DNA of 64,000 bases from a virus. The DNA is taken from positions 12,364 through 76,363 of the IMG/VR virus record IMGVR_UViG_3300044912_000678, one strand, 5' to 3'. The notes beneath the pieces were generated by a model. It was not told the origin of the DNA, did no database searches, and was given only the letters and a program-made list of their open reading frames with translations. This document shows positions 48,163-56,971 of this stretch, piece by piece; position 1 is the stretch's first letter; each line of letters begins with the position of its first letter. Position numbers and translations under genes: made by a program.

Positions 48163-49200
48163 ATGGCAGATAGTAATTTGAACAAAGAAGGAAGCCCAAT
48201 CAACATTCAAGGGAATGTACCACAAGAATTTTTGCAAGTTTTAAAAAATCAAGGAAGTCAAGGCAATCAAGATGCTCCACAATCTACCTTGCAAAAACCC
48301 AATCAATCTTTTGCAAATTTGCGAGATAGGGATAATGGCAATACAAATGCTCCTAGTGTGGCTAAAGCACCATCGTCATATCCGCAAAACAATCAAAGTG
48401 GAAGACTTAAAGAAATTCTTGAATCCCTCAAGGGATCACTTGCACAATATGAAGAATTGCAATTACCATCAAAAGGAAGATTCTATGATGGTACAAATGG
48501 ACCTGCAGATGGCATTATTCATATTCGTCCAATGACAGGCGAAGAAGAGCAAATTTTAGCGACTCCTAGATTTGTCCGTAAAGGACAAGCAATCAACATG
48601 ATCTTTCAAAAATGCATTAAAGAAGATTTTAAGGCAGAAAATTTACTCACTGTAGATCGAACCTATCTATTACTTTATCTTCGTGGCATCTCTTATTCTC
48701 ATAGCTACGATGTCGAAGTAAAGTGTCCCGAATGCGGTGCCAAATTCAGCACAAATGTTGATTTAAGTGCTTTGTTTGTAAATCAATGTCCTCATGATTT
48801 TGGACCAATTCTTGAAGATGTTTTGCCAAATTCAAAATATCGATTCAAGTATCGCCTTTCAACTGGTCGTGATGAGCAAGAAATCAATGAATATCGTGAA
48901 CGCAGAATGAAGATGTTTGGCGATAATGCTACTGATGATACATTGACTTATAGAACTGCTCAACTATTAGAAGAAATTGATGGAATCACCGATAAGATGG
49001 AACTTCAAATTTTATTGAAGAACCTTCCAATCAATGATGTTTCTTATATTCGTGGCATCATCAACGAGCCTCCATTTGGTGTAGATACAAATGTAGAAAT
49101 TAATTGCCCAAGTTGTTCTGCAGAATTTTCAATCGATTTGCCTCTTGAAGCAAATTTTTTCTTCCCCCGGAGGAAGAAGGAAAAGAACACCCAAGCATAA
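48163..49200 (+). CDS. T4 gp26-like baseplate hub / tail assembly chaperone
   Basis: LPSKG-FY, IRPMT--EE-IL, DR-YLL--LRGISY, CPECG, CPSC, ends NFFFP. Confidence 0.8.
   Translation: MADSNLNKEGSPINIQGNVPQEFLQVLKNQGSQGNQDAPQSTLQKPNQSFANLRDRDNGNTNAPSVAKAPSSYPQNNQSGRLKEILESLKGSLAQYEELQLPSKGRFYDGTNGPADGIIHIRPMTGEEEQILATPRFVRKGQAINMIFQKCIKEDFKAENLLTVDRTYLLLYLRGISYSHSYDVEVKCPECGAKFSTNVDLSALFVNQCPHDFGPILEDVLPNSKYRFKYRLSTGRDEQEINEYRERRMKMFGDNATDDTLTYRTAQLLEEIDGITDKMELQILLKNLPINDVSYIRGIINEPPFGVDTNVEINCPSCSAEFSIDLPLEANFFFPRRKKEKNTQA
49152..49161 (+). promoter_or_regulatory. putative -1 ribosomal frameshift site (A AAT TTT / T TTT TTC)
   Basis: Two overlapping X XXY YYZ heptamers in the gp26-like frame; the -1 frame is open from 49149 to 49388. 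Confidence 0.6.
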
Positions 49201-49388
49201 CCCTTGGAAAAAACCTCCTAGAAGAAATATTTTTCTTTTCATATCATCTGCACCAAGACATGCAGAAGACATTGTTCATGCCAATCAATATCAGGCAATG
49301 GATGGTGCAGAGATTTATAGAGCAAAAAGAAAAAGAAAATCAAGCAATGGAAGCAGAGCGAAGAAAATCTAGTAGTAAAAGAAGGTAA
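49158..49388 (+). CDS. gp51-like tail-chaperone extension in the -1 frame
   Basis: LLEEIFFFSYHLHQDMQKTLFMPINIRQWMVQRFIEQKEKENQA; no ATG before the conserved core. Confidence 0.65.
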   Translation, partial: FLPPEEEGKEHPSITLGKNLLEEIFFFSYHLHQDMQKTLFMPINIRQWMVQRFIEQKEKENQAMEAERRKSSSKRR

Positions 49389-49390
49389 AT

Positions 49391-50134
49391 ATGCCACTAA
49401 AAGAAAGATTGCAAAATCCAACTTGTAACGACACGATTAGATTGCGTCTATTCTCTTACAATAGCAACAATCGAGCCAATTTACAAGACATTCAAAAAGT
49501 GGACATTTACACACTTGATCCTAACGAAATATCACAAGCCAATCCTGATGGTCGAAGGTTAGTTGTAACAATAGATGGTGCCGATGTGATTTCTGAATCC
49601 GCTGGATCTTATTATGTCGATATATCTGCAGATTCTCCACTTTACACAATTGGAGATTATGTTGATGTGTGGGCAGTAAGCTTTGAAAGCGACCATTGTT
49701 CTTTGGCGGAAATTCAAAATAGATTTAGAATTTATCCCAACTTGTGGTTCACAAGTCCTGTTCCGCCTGTTTATGATTTTTCATTTGGATTTAGACCCAA
49801 CAGAATTGTAAAAGGGTCTAAAAGATATTTGGTGATCCAAATTTCACCAAATGTTCCACGAGGAGCCGATTTACTACCATATTACGAAAATCTCGCCATA
49901 GTCTCAGATTTGCGTATTTCAATCGAAAAAAACTGCGGGGATTGTGTCCCACAGGAAAAAGATCTCCGATTGGTAGTAGATCGGCAACTTGTGGATTATC
50001 GTGAAAAAATGTATGGGTATTACTTTATTGACACATCAGATTACGATTCTGGAATATACAATGTGTGGTTTGAATTACAATATGCAGAAAACACATTCAT
50101 CTCTGAGAAAAATCAAATCCAAATTTTCGAATGA
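49391..50134 (+). CDS. putative virion/baseplate protein (Ig-like beta-sandwich)
   Basis: Beta-rich; GSYYVD, GDYVDVW, DTSDYDSGIYNVWFEL. Confidence 0.55.
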   Translation: MPLKERLQNPTCNDTIRLRLFSYNSNNRANLQDIQKVDIYTLDPNEISQANPDGRRLVVTIDGADVISESAGSYYVDISADSPLYTIGDYVDVWAVSFESDHCSLAEIQNRFRIYPNLWFTSPVPPVYDFSFGFRPNRIVKGSKRYLVIQISPNVPRGADLLPYYENLAIVSDLRISIEKNCGDCVPQEKDLRLVVDRQLVDYREKMYGYYFIDTSDYDSGIYNVWFELQYAENTFISEKNQIQIFE

Positions 50135-50195
50135 TTGTATTTAAAAACTAAACAATTCGTGATATCATGCCTTTTTCAATTTTGGAGAAGGCTTT

Positions 50196-51242
50196 ATGAA
50201 CTTAGATTACAAGTTAGACAATTGGATAAAATACAATCAAAATGTTTTGATGATTGGAAAGCATGGTGTTGGGAAAACCGCACTCATAAAAAAAGCATTT
50301 GAAAGAAATGGTTTGAAGTGGAGATACTTTAGTGCAGCCACTATGGACCCTTGGACTGATTTTGTTGGTATTCCAAAAGAAGCAACAAAAGTTATAGGCG
50401 ATCAATCTGTAAGTTACATAAAGATGATTCGTCCTTTGGACTTTGTTCTTGGTGAAGTAGAAGCAATTTTCATGGATGAATTCAACAGGTCTCCAAAGAA
50501 AGTTAGAAATGCAGTTCTCGAATTGATTCAATTCAAAAGCATAAATGGAGAAAAATTTCCAAATTTAAGGATGGTTTGGGCTGCGATAAATCCAGAAGAT
50601 GATCCAGAGTCTTACGATGTTGAAAAACTTGATATGGCTCAAATGGATCGTTTTGAAGTTCATAGAAAAATTGATTACAAGCCAGATGTTGAGTTCTTTA
50701 GAGTTAAGTTTGGAAAGACCATTGCGGACAGTGCAATTGCTTGGTGGTCAGAATTGGATGATTCCACCAAAAATTTAGTATCTCCTAGAAGATTAGAATA
50801 CGCTTTAAACTCATTTTCTAGACAAGGAGATCTAAGAGATCATTTGCCACAAGAAAGTGGTGTTTCGAAGCTTTTACAGGCTTTAAAAGACGGTCCTACA
50901 AGTGATAAATTAGCAAGATTTATGTCAGAAGAAGATTCTGGTGGTGCTAAAATTTGGCTAAAAAATGAGAACAATTTTTCTTCAGCATCAAAATATATCA
51001 TAGAAAGCAAAACTCTTTGCGATTGGTTTTTGCCATTAGTTCCTAAAGAGAAAATCATATCATTAATGACTTCTAATGAAAAATTAGCAAAACATGTTAT
51101 GTCTAATGTCAATTCTGAAAAAACATATATGGAAATTTGTAAAGAAATATTAAATGCAAAAACTGACTACAAGATGTCAAATAAAATTAAACGATTTATG
51201 ACTCAAAATCCCGACATGGCAAAATTTTTATCTGAAGATTAA
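50196..51242 (+). CDS. MoxR-like AAA+ ATPase
   Basis: GKHGVGKT, IFMDEFNR, AAINP, LDMAQMDRF. Confidence 0.85.
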   Translation: MNLDYKLDNWIKYNQNVLMIGKHGVGKTALIKKAFERNGLKWRYFSAATMDPWTDFVGIPKEATKVIGDQSVSYIKMIRPLDFVLGEVEAIFMDEFNRSPKKVRNAVLELIQFKSINGEKFPNLRMVWAAINPEDDPESYDVEKLDMAQMDRFEVHRKIDYKPDVEFFRVKFGKTIADSAIAWWSELDDSTKNLVSPRRLEYALNSFSRQGDLRDHLPQESGVSKLLQALKDGPTSDKLARFMSEEDSGGAKIWLKNENNFSSASKYIIESKTLCDWFLPLVPKEKIISLMTSNEKLAKHVMSNVNSEKTYMEICKEILNAKTDYKMSNKIKRFMTQNPDMAKFLSED

Positions 51243-51243
51243 T

Positions 51244-52539
51244 ATGCATAAGATAAATCCCGATGAATGGTTGGAAATATCCAACAAATTAGAACAACAT
51301 CATGCAATCTTTTATAAGTTGTGGGCTGTTGGCAAACCAATTTTTAAAGATGAGATTGAAACGGCAGCTATTGAATTTGATCGTAATGGAAATTATATAC
51401 AATTTTCTTTCAATCCCATCTTCTGGTCTAACCTATCATTAGATTCAAAGCTATTCGTAATATGTCACGAAATGTTACATGTAATACTAAATCATGGCAA
51501 AAGATCAAAAAATCTCAACATACAAAAAAAAGTAACAGCAAACATATGTCTTGATATTGTCGTAAATCATAGCTTGATAAATAATTTTGGATTTGAAAAA
51601 AATAATATAGAAGTAGGAATTCGTAATGCTATAAATTTAAATTCAGAAAATAATGAAAAAAGTATTTTGTGTTGGGTTGACAATATATTTCCAGATGAGA
51701 AATATCCAGAAGACGAATGTTTTGAATTTTATTTCAATAAATATAATGAAAAATATGGTGATGGTCATTCAAATCAAGCAAGCAATCCAAATCAAGGTTG
51801 TCTAGATGATCATTCGCAATTGTCCGAAGAAGATTACGACAAATTTGTTGGGAAAATAATATCAAGTCTAAGTAAAGACGAAATAGAAGCTATAGCTAAT
51901 TTTGCTAAAAAAAATCAAGACATAAGTCCTGCTGGATCTGGTGTTGGTTGGTGGCACTCTTTAGGTTCTTTATCGAAACAAATAAAAAAGAAATGGGAAA
52001 CCATTATAAGATCTTGGGAAATTAAACAATCAAAAGATTGTTATGGTTCCGCAGAGCAATGGCTTAGAAAATCTAGAAGATATGTAAACATTGATGATAA
52101 TTTATTTTTACCATGCGAAATAGAAACATATCAAAGAATTACAGAAGAAGACAAAATTAATGTTTTTTTCTTTATGGACACATCTGGAAGTTGTTTTGGA
52201 TTAAAAGATAGGTTTTTTAAGTGTGCCTCTAGTTTAGACTCGCAAAAATTCAAAGTACGACTTTTTTGTTTTGATACAAAAGTTCAAGAAACATCATTGA
52301 AATCAAATAAAATATATGGTGGCGGAGGAACTTCATTCAGTGTAATTAAAAACTACATTAAAAAAGAAATAGAAAATAATATGTCCAAGCATCCTTATGT
52401 GTTTGTTTTAACGGATGGATTTGGAGATACTATAAAAGTAGATAAACCAGAAAAATGGCATTGGTTTTTAACTGCCGATGGAACAAAGTTGTGGATAGAT
52501 AAAAATTGCAATATTTATAATTTGAAAGATTATGAATGA
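51244..52539 (+). CDS. DUF2201-like metallopeptidase plus VWA domain protein
   Basis: HEMLHVILNH; MIDAS elements DTSGS, GGGTSF, LTDG. Confidence 0.85.
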   Translation: MHKINPDEWLEISNKLEQHHAIFYKLWAVGKPIFKDEIETAAIEFDRNGNYIQFSFNPIFWSNLSLDSKLFVICHEMLHVILNHGKRSKNLNIQKKVTANICLDIVVNHSLINNFGFEKNNIEVGIRNAINLNSENNEKSILCWVDNIFPDEKYPEDECFEFYFNKYNEKYGDGHSNQASNPNQGCLDDHSQLSEEDYDKFVGKIISSLSKDEIEAIANFAKKNQDISPAGSGVGWWHSLGSLSKQIKKKWETIIRSWEIKQSKDCYGSAEQWLRKSRRYVNIDDNLFLPCEIETYQRITEEDKINVFFFMDTSGSCFGLKDRFFKCASSLDSQKFKVRLFCFDTKVQETSLKSNKIYGGGGTSFSVIKNYIKKEIENNMSKHPYVFVLTDGFGDTIKVDKPEKWHWFLTADGTKLWIDKNCNIYNLKDYE

Positions 52540-52727
52540 TTTTTTTTATTTGAAAAATATTCACAAGTATGTCTTCTGCTTGGAACAAGTGGTAAAAATT
52601 CTTTTTGATCAGCCTTTTTGTTGAATGCATTGCTACATCTCAAGCCAAGACCAAGACCAATACCCCAAAATAAATGCTTGCAATTGAAGCAAACTTCTTC
52701 TTCTGGTTTTGGATCTTCTTTGTTCAT
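52530..52727 (-). CDS. small Cys-rich hypothetical protein
   Basis: CFNCKH...LRC...TCEYF. Confidence 0.55.
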   Translation of the reverse strand: MNKEDPKPEEEVCFNCKHLFWGIGLGLGLRCSNAFNKKADQKEFLPLVPSRRHTCEYFSNKKNHS

Positions 52728-53044
52728 ACTTCTATTTTAAAAAACTTATCTAATCGTGTTATTACAAAAACCTCATGAATGTTTTCGCTCATATTTTTAA
52801 GAATCAAAATTATTTCTTTCTCTTTTAATTTCTTATTCATTGTGATCATTTTGCCAAGTGCTGCACTTGATAAATAATCAACACCAGTGAAATCTAAGAT
52901 TACCTTGCTCTTTTCTGGTGTTGCTTCTACTACCTCTAATAATTCTGATCCTAATTCTGATATTGAAGCTTCATCAAACATTCTTCCATTTGTAAATTTT
53001 ACCAAAGTAAAAGTTTCTTCCGTGAAAACAGATAAAAATTTCAT
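52724..53044 (-). CDS. STAS-domain anti-sigma-factor antagonist
   Basis: LDFTGVDYLSSAALGKMI...IHEVFVITRLDKFFKI. Confidence 0.85.
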   Translation of the reverse strand: MKFLSVFTEETFTLVKFTNGRMFDEASISELGSELLEVVEATPEKSKVILDFTGVDYLSSAALGKMITMNKKLKEKEIILILKNMSENIHEVFVITRLDKFFKIEV

Positions 53045-53601
53045 TATCCTCCAAGATTTATAAAGAATTCATTTTCAATCCTCAAAAGATCATTAAGCAA
53101 AATTCCAGTCCACTCTCTATATTTAAGCATGTACTTGAATTCTCTTCCTTTTAATTCTTCAGTCTTCAAAAAAACAAGCCAAGATTTTCTTGTTCTTTTC
53201 CAACAAAGCATAGGTTTTCTTTCACATCTAACAGAATCTGCAACAACCTGATCCAAGAAATGATCTAATTCTGTTGATCCATGTTCAAAAATTCCATTCA
53301 AATCAATGCCGTCATAACCGCCCTTTGATTCTAAACAAAATATAAAATTAGCAGGAACAATTAGATCGCCAGAAAAAACATCTCTAGCATGTTTAGGAAG
53401 ATGACTGACTTGACCCCATCTATTTCCAGATCCAACCGATCTGGAAAAATCTTGACAATTAAATCTGGTGTTTAATATTTTAGTTAGTTCTCTTTCGACT
53501 CTTCCACCTTTTTGTTTGCCATTTACTTTTTTTTTCTTTTTTTCTTTATTTTTCAATATGTCATCAACAACAAAATCCTCATCATCATAATTATTTTCCA
53601 T
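53044..53601 (-). CDS. Holliday junction resolvase (PD-(D/E)XK, Hjc-like)
   Basis: KQKG-RVERE, SG, GDLIVP, LESK, PML-WK. Confidence 0.75.
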   Translation of the reverse strand: MENNYDDEDFVVDDILKNKEKKKKKVNGKQKGGRVERELTKILNTRFNCQDFSRSVGSGNRWGQVSHLPKHARDVFSGDLIVPANFIFCLESKGGYDGIDLNGIFEHGSTELDHFLDQVVADSVRCERKPMLCWKRTRKSWLVFLKTEELKGREFKYMLKYREWTGILLNDLLRIENEFFINLGG

Positions 53602-53608
53602 GTAACCT

Positions 53609-54742
53609 CTAGTCGAAAATATTTTCTATATCTAAAAATGATTTTTTCTGTTCATCTAACAAAGATAAAATTTGTTCCACATCACTAACAGAAATAGAAT
53701 TGTTCCTAAGTAATACTTGGGAATTTGCATAAATGTTTCTGCATGTCTCTTGTATCTTCTCGATTTTTTTTTCCATTTCATCAAGGAGCTTATCAGCATC
53801 ATCATCAGCTGCAGGAACATAATCTTCCCCTGTAGATAATGGAGTTATTATATTTACTTCTATATCATCTTTTGCAAGAGATAATGCATTTCCGCTATAA
53901 GACCATTCTTTACATTCAGATGAAGTTACATAATATTTGCTAGGATATGTAATATTTTGTTTTTCAGAATCTAATGAAAAATGCCAAATCTCATGATCTA
54001 TAACTTCAATTATTTTTGAATTGATTATTGATTTATCACCTAAAGCATTGGCTGCACTTTTCCAAATTGAAGGGTCTGAAAAGAAAAATATTTGACCAAG
54101 ATTATTTCTCGCATCAGCAATCCATAATGGTCTATGTTCATTTCTAAATAACCATAAATTTCTACCATTATTATTTTTCCACTCTCCAATAGCAACTGCC
54201 ATATGACCTTGAGTTACATAAGAAAATATGTCTTTAATTCCAGCCATTCTTTCTCGTTCTGGCAAGATTCCGATATATTCATTTAAGAAATTTTCAGAGT
54301 ATTGGTGTTTAGCTTGTTCGAATATTCTCAAAAGAATTTCAGAATCACATTGGGAATGAACATGATATTTCTTTTTCAAAGAATCATATTCATCAATTCT
54401 GCCGTTGTGAATTAATGCTATATTGCTTTTTTCGCTTAAGAATGGATGATTATTTTTATTTACCATCGGATTTCCAGAGCCACGACTAGCTCCACGGGCA
54501 TGAACCAAAGCTAAATTCACTTCGACATTTTTGTTAGATTTCCAAATATCAGAATTTACAAATTCGCTAGATCTTCCCGGTTGTTTGTGAGTATAAACAC
54601 TTCCATTATCTCCGCTTTCTGCCAACCAATATCCAGAAGCATCTATGCCACGAGAATCTAGCCTTTCGAATAATTCAGATAAAAGTTCAAATGATAATGT
54701 GTTGTTTTTAGATTTCCCTATAAAGCCAGCTATTCCGCACAT
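53609..54742 (-). CDS. class II glutamine amidotransferase (Ntn) domain protein
   Basis: MCGIAG, RG-DASG, HAR-AS, NNHPF, HNG, DSE; no SIS domains. Confidence 0.85.
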   Translation of the reverse strand: MCGIAGFIGKSKNNTLSFELLSELFERLDSRGIDASGYWLAESGDNGSVYTHKQPGRSSEFVNSDIWKSNKNVEVNLALVHARGASRGSGNPMVNKNNHPFLSEKSNIALIHNGRIDEYDSLKKKYHVHSQCDSEILLRIFEQAKHQYSENFLNEYIGILPERERMAGIKDIFSYVTQGHMAVAIGEWKNNNGRNLWLFRNEHRPLWIADARNNLGQIFFFSDPSIWKSAANALGDKSIINSKIIEVIDHEIWHFSLDSEKQNITYPSKYYVTSSECKEWSYSGNALSLAKDDIEVNIITPLSTGEDYVPAADDDADKLLDEMEKKIEKIQETCRNIYANSQVLLRNNSISVSDVEQILSLLDEQKKSFLDIENIFD

Positions 54743-54751
54743 GGAATTCTC

Positions 54752-55276
54752 CTATATGTTTTTCAAATCCCCTGTGCTTCCTCCCAATGTAGGAACTTCT
54801 TGCTGTGGTGGTCCGCCGGGGCTTGTTGGTTGAATGACACTTTGATCAGATGGAGGAACAACCGCTTTTGCGGATTTTTTAATTTTATCGGAAGTTCCCT
54901 TATCATCTTTTGTTTTTTGTATATCTGCTGATGCAATATCATTGATTGGTGAACCCAATTTATTGACAATATTTTTTATTGCCATATTTGATTTTGATAA
55001 CGCATCTTCGAGCGAAATGTCATTTGTTCCATCTATAGACTTCAATAGCATCACACCAATATTTGAAAGCTTCTCTAAATGTTCTTTGTGTTCTTTAACA
55101 TCCATGCTTCTTATAATTTTGCGAATTTGACCAACAATATTTTGAGTTGCAACAATGGTGGCTTTGCCCTTTTTTTGAGCTATATCACCTAGATTTTGCA
55201 AAGCATTGTAAATATCGCCAATCCTATTTGCTAAATCTCTTGTATCTTCATTTATAAGGAACTGTTTAAAATTCAT
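54752..55276 (-). CDS. protein with CTS-like N-terminus
   Basis: MNFKQFLINED; TAAATA-N4-ATG upstream. Confidence 0.7.
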   Translation of the reverse strand: MNFKQFLINEDTRDLANRIGDIYNALQNLGDIAQKKGKATIVATQNIVGQIRKIIRSMDVKEHKEHLEKLSNIGVMLLKSIDGTNDISLEDALSKSNMAIKNIVNKLGSPINDIASADIQKTKDDKGTSDKIKKSAKAVVPPSDQSVIQPTSPGGPPQQEVPTLGGSTGDLKNI

Positions 55277-56913
55277 ACTTTATTTATGGTTTCAGCTTCA
55301 AGTTTTTTGTTTTTAAGTGAAAAAGCAATCAATCCTACGAACAAAGGTGCTGCAGCTGTTAATTTGCTTTTAAATTCTGGATGGGCTTGCGTTCCTACAA
55401 AATAAGGATGAATATCCCTATTTAATTCCATAATTTCCACAAGATTAGTTTGAGGGTTTCTGCCACTTACAATAAAACCTTTGGTTTCAAGCTGAGAAAC
55501 ATATTCCTCATTAACTTCGTAACGATGCCTGTGTCTTTCTTGAATGATTTTTTGACCATATAAGTCATAAACAATTGAATCTTTTTTCAATTCGCAATCA
55601 TATGACCCAAGCCTCATACTTGCAGCTTTTTTGACAATAGCCTCTTGTCCTTGAACGAACTTAACAACAGGATGTTTTGTTTCTTTGTCAAATTCCATGC
55701 TATTTGCATCATCTAATTTGCAAACATTTCTGGAAAATTCGATGACGGCACACTGCAACCCTAAGCATATTCCTAAAAATGGAATTTTCTTTTCACGAAC
55801 ATATTGAATGGCTTTTATTTTCCCCTCAATACCACGATTGTCAAAACCGCCGGGAATAATAATGCCATCCAACTCATCAAAAATTTTGTGCAACCCTCTG
55901 TTGTCTTTGTATTTTTCTAATTCTTCGCTTTTATACCACTTGATTAGAACTTTAGCATCATTAACGATTCCAGCATGTAGTAACGCTTCTTTTAAAGAAA
56001 TGTATGCTTCATCGCAATTATCATACTTCCCAAAAATTCCAATAGTCACAGGCTGAAGATTGTTGTTGGTATATTTTTCAACCACATCTCGATACTTGTG
56101 TATTCTGCAAGAACTTCTATTTAAATGTAACAAATCAACAAACAAATCATCTACATGACGATCATAAAACGAAAGAGGAACTTGATAAATTGATTCAAAG
56201 TCAGGAGCATCAAAAACACATTCTCTAGTTACATTAGAAAGTTGAGAAACTTTTTTCATGATCTTTTCTGGCACGGAGCTTTCTGTTCTGCAAAAAAGAA
56301 CATCTGGCTGAAGTCCGTGTCTTTGCAATTCTTTTACAGCATTTTGCAAAGGCTTAGTCTTGAACTCCTTGATTGTTTTAACCCAAAGAATTGGAGCAAC
56401 CATAACAATCAAAACATTAGCACGATGAATTTGTTTAAATAGTCGAATAGATTCAAAAAACGCAAAGCTTTCCGAGTCTCCGACTGTGCCACCGACTTCT
56501 GCGATAACAATATCGTGACTTTTACCCAAATCAACTAATCTTTTTTCAATCTTATCGGTTAGATGAGGATTAACTTGAATAGTTTCACCAAGATATTTGC
56601 CATGCTCTTGCTCTTCAATTAATTCTTTTTGAAGAATCCCATGTGTGCAAATATTATTTTTACTAACAGTTATTCCAGCAATTCTTTCGTAATGTCCAAG
56701 ATCCAAATCTGTTTCAGTTCCGTCATCACAGAGAAAACATTCACCATGTTCTCCGGGTCCAAGAATGCCAGCGTTGATATTGTAATATGGATCAAACTTA
56801 ACTAGCGTAATATTATGACCACGAAGTCTTAGTAGAAGACCTATACTAGCAGCTGCGACACCTTTGCCTGTTCCAGAGATAACGCCACCAACTACAAAAA
56901 TGTATTTAGCCAT
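55273..56913 (-). CDS. pyrG: CTP synthase
   Basis: KYIFVVGGVISG-GKG, DG-ETDLDLGHYER, KTKP-Q, PGGF, GICLGLQ, ERHRHRYE, HPEF. Confidence 0.97.
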   Translation of the reverse strand: MAKYIFVVGGVISGTGKGVAAASIGLLLRLRGHNITLVKFDPYYNINAGILGPGEHGECFLCDDGTETDLDLGHYERIAGITVSKNNICTHGILQKELIEEQEHGKYLGETIQVNPHLTDKIEKRLVDLGKSHDIVIAEVGGTVGDSESFAFFESIRLFKQIHRANVLIVMVAPILWVKTIKEFKTKPLQNAVKELQRHGLQPDVLFCRTESSVPEKIMKKVSQLSNVTRECVFDAPDFESIYQVPLSFYDRHVDDLFVDLLHLNRSSCRIHKYRDVVEKYTNNNLQPVTIGIFGKYDNCDEAYISLKEALLHAGIVNDAKVLIKWYKSEELEKYKDNRGLHKIFDELDGIIIPGGFDNRGIEGKIKAIQYVREKKIPFLGICLGLQCAVIEFSRNVCKLDDANSMEFDKETKHPVVKFVQGQEAIVKKAASMRLGSYDCELKKDSIVYDLYGQKIIQERHRHRYEVNEEYVSQLETKGFIVSGRNPQTNLVEIMELNRDIHPYFVGTQAHPEFKSKLTAAAPLFVGLIAFSLKNKKLEAETINKV

Positions 56914-56971
56914 TCTAAAGCCTCATTAAATCTATATTTTCTATTAGAGTAAGCTTAAAAAAAATGCCAAA

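Noticed and set aside
49145-49372. 75-aa ORF MKQIFSSPGG in the track
   Set aside because: Wrong (+1) frame; the -1 frame encodes the recognisable chaperone-like sequence
53609-54742. GlmS (glucosamine-6-phosphate synthase)
   Set aside because: Only the Ntn glutaminase domain is present; no SIS isomerase domains
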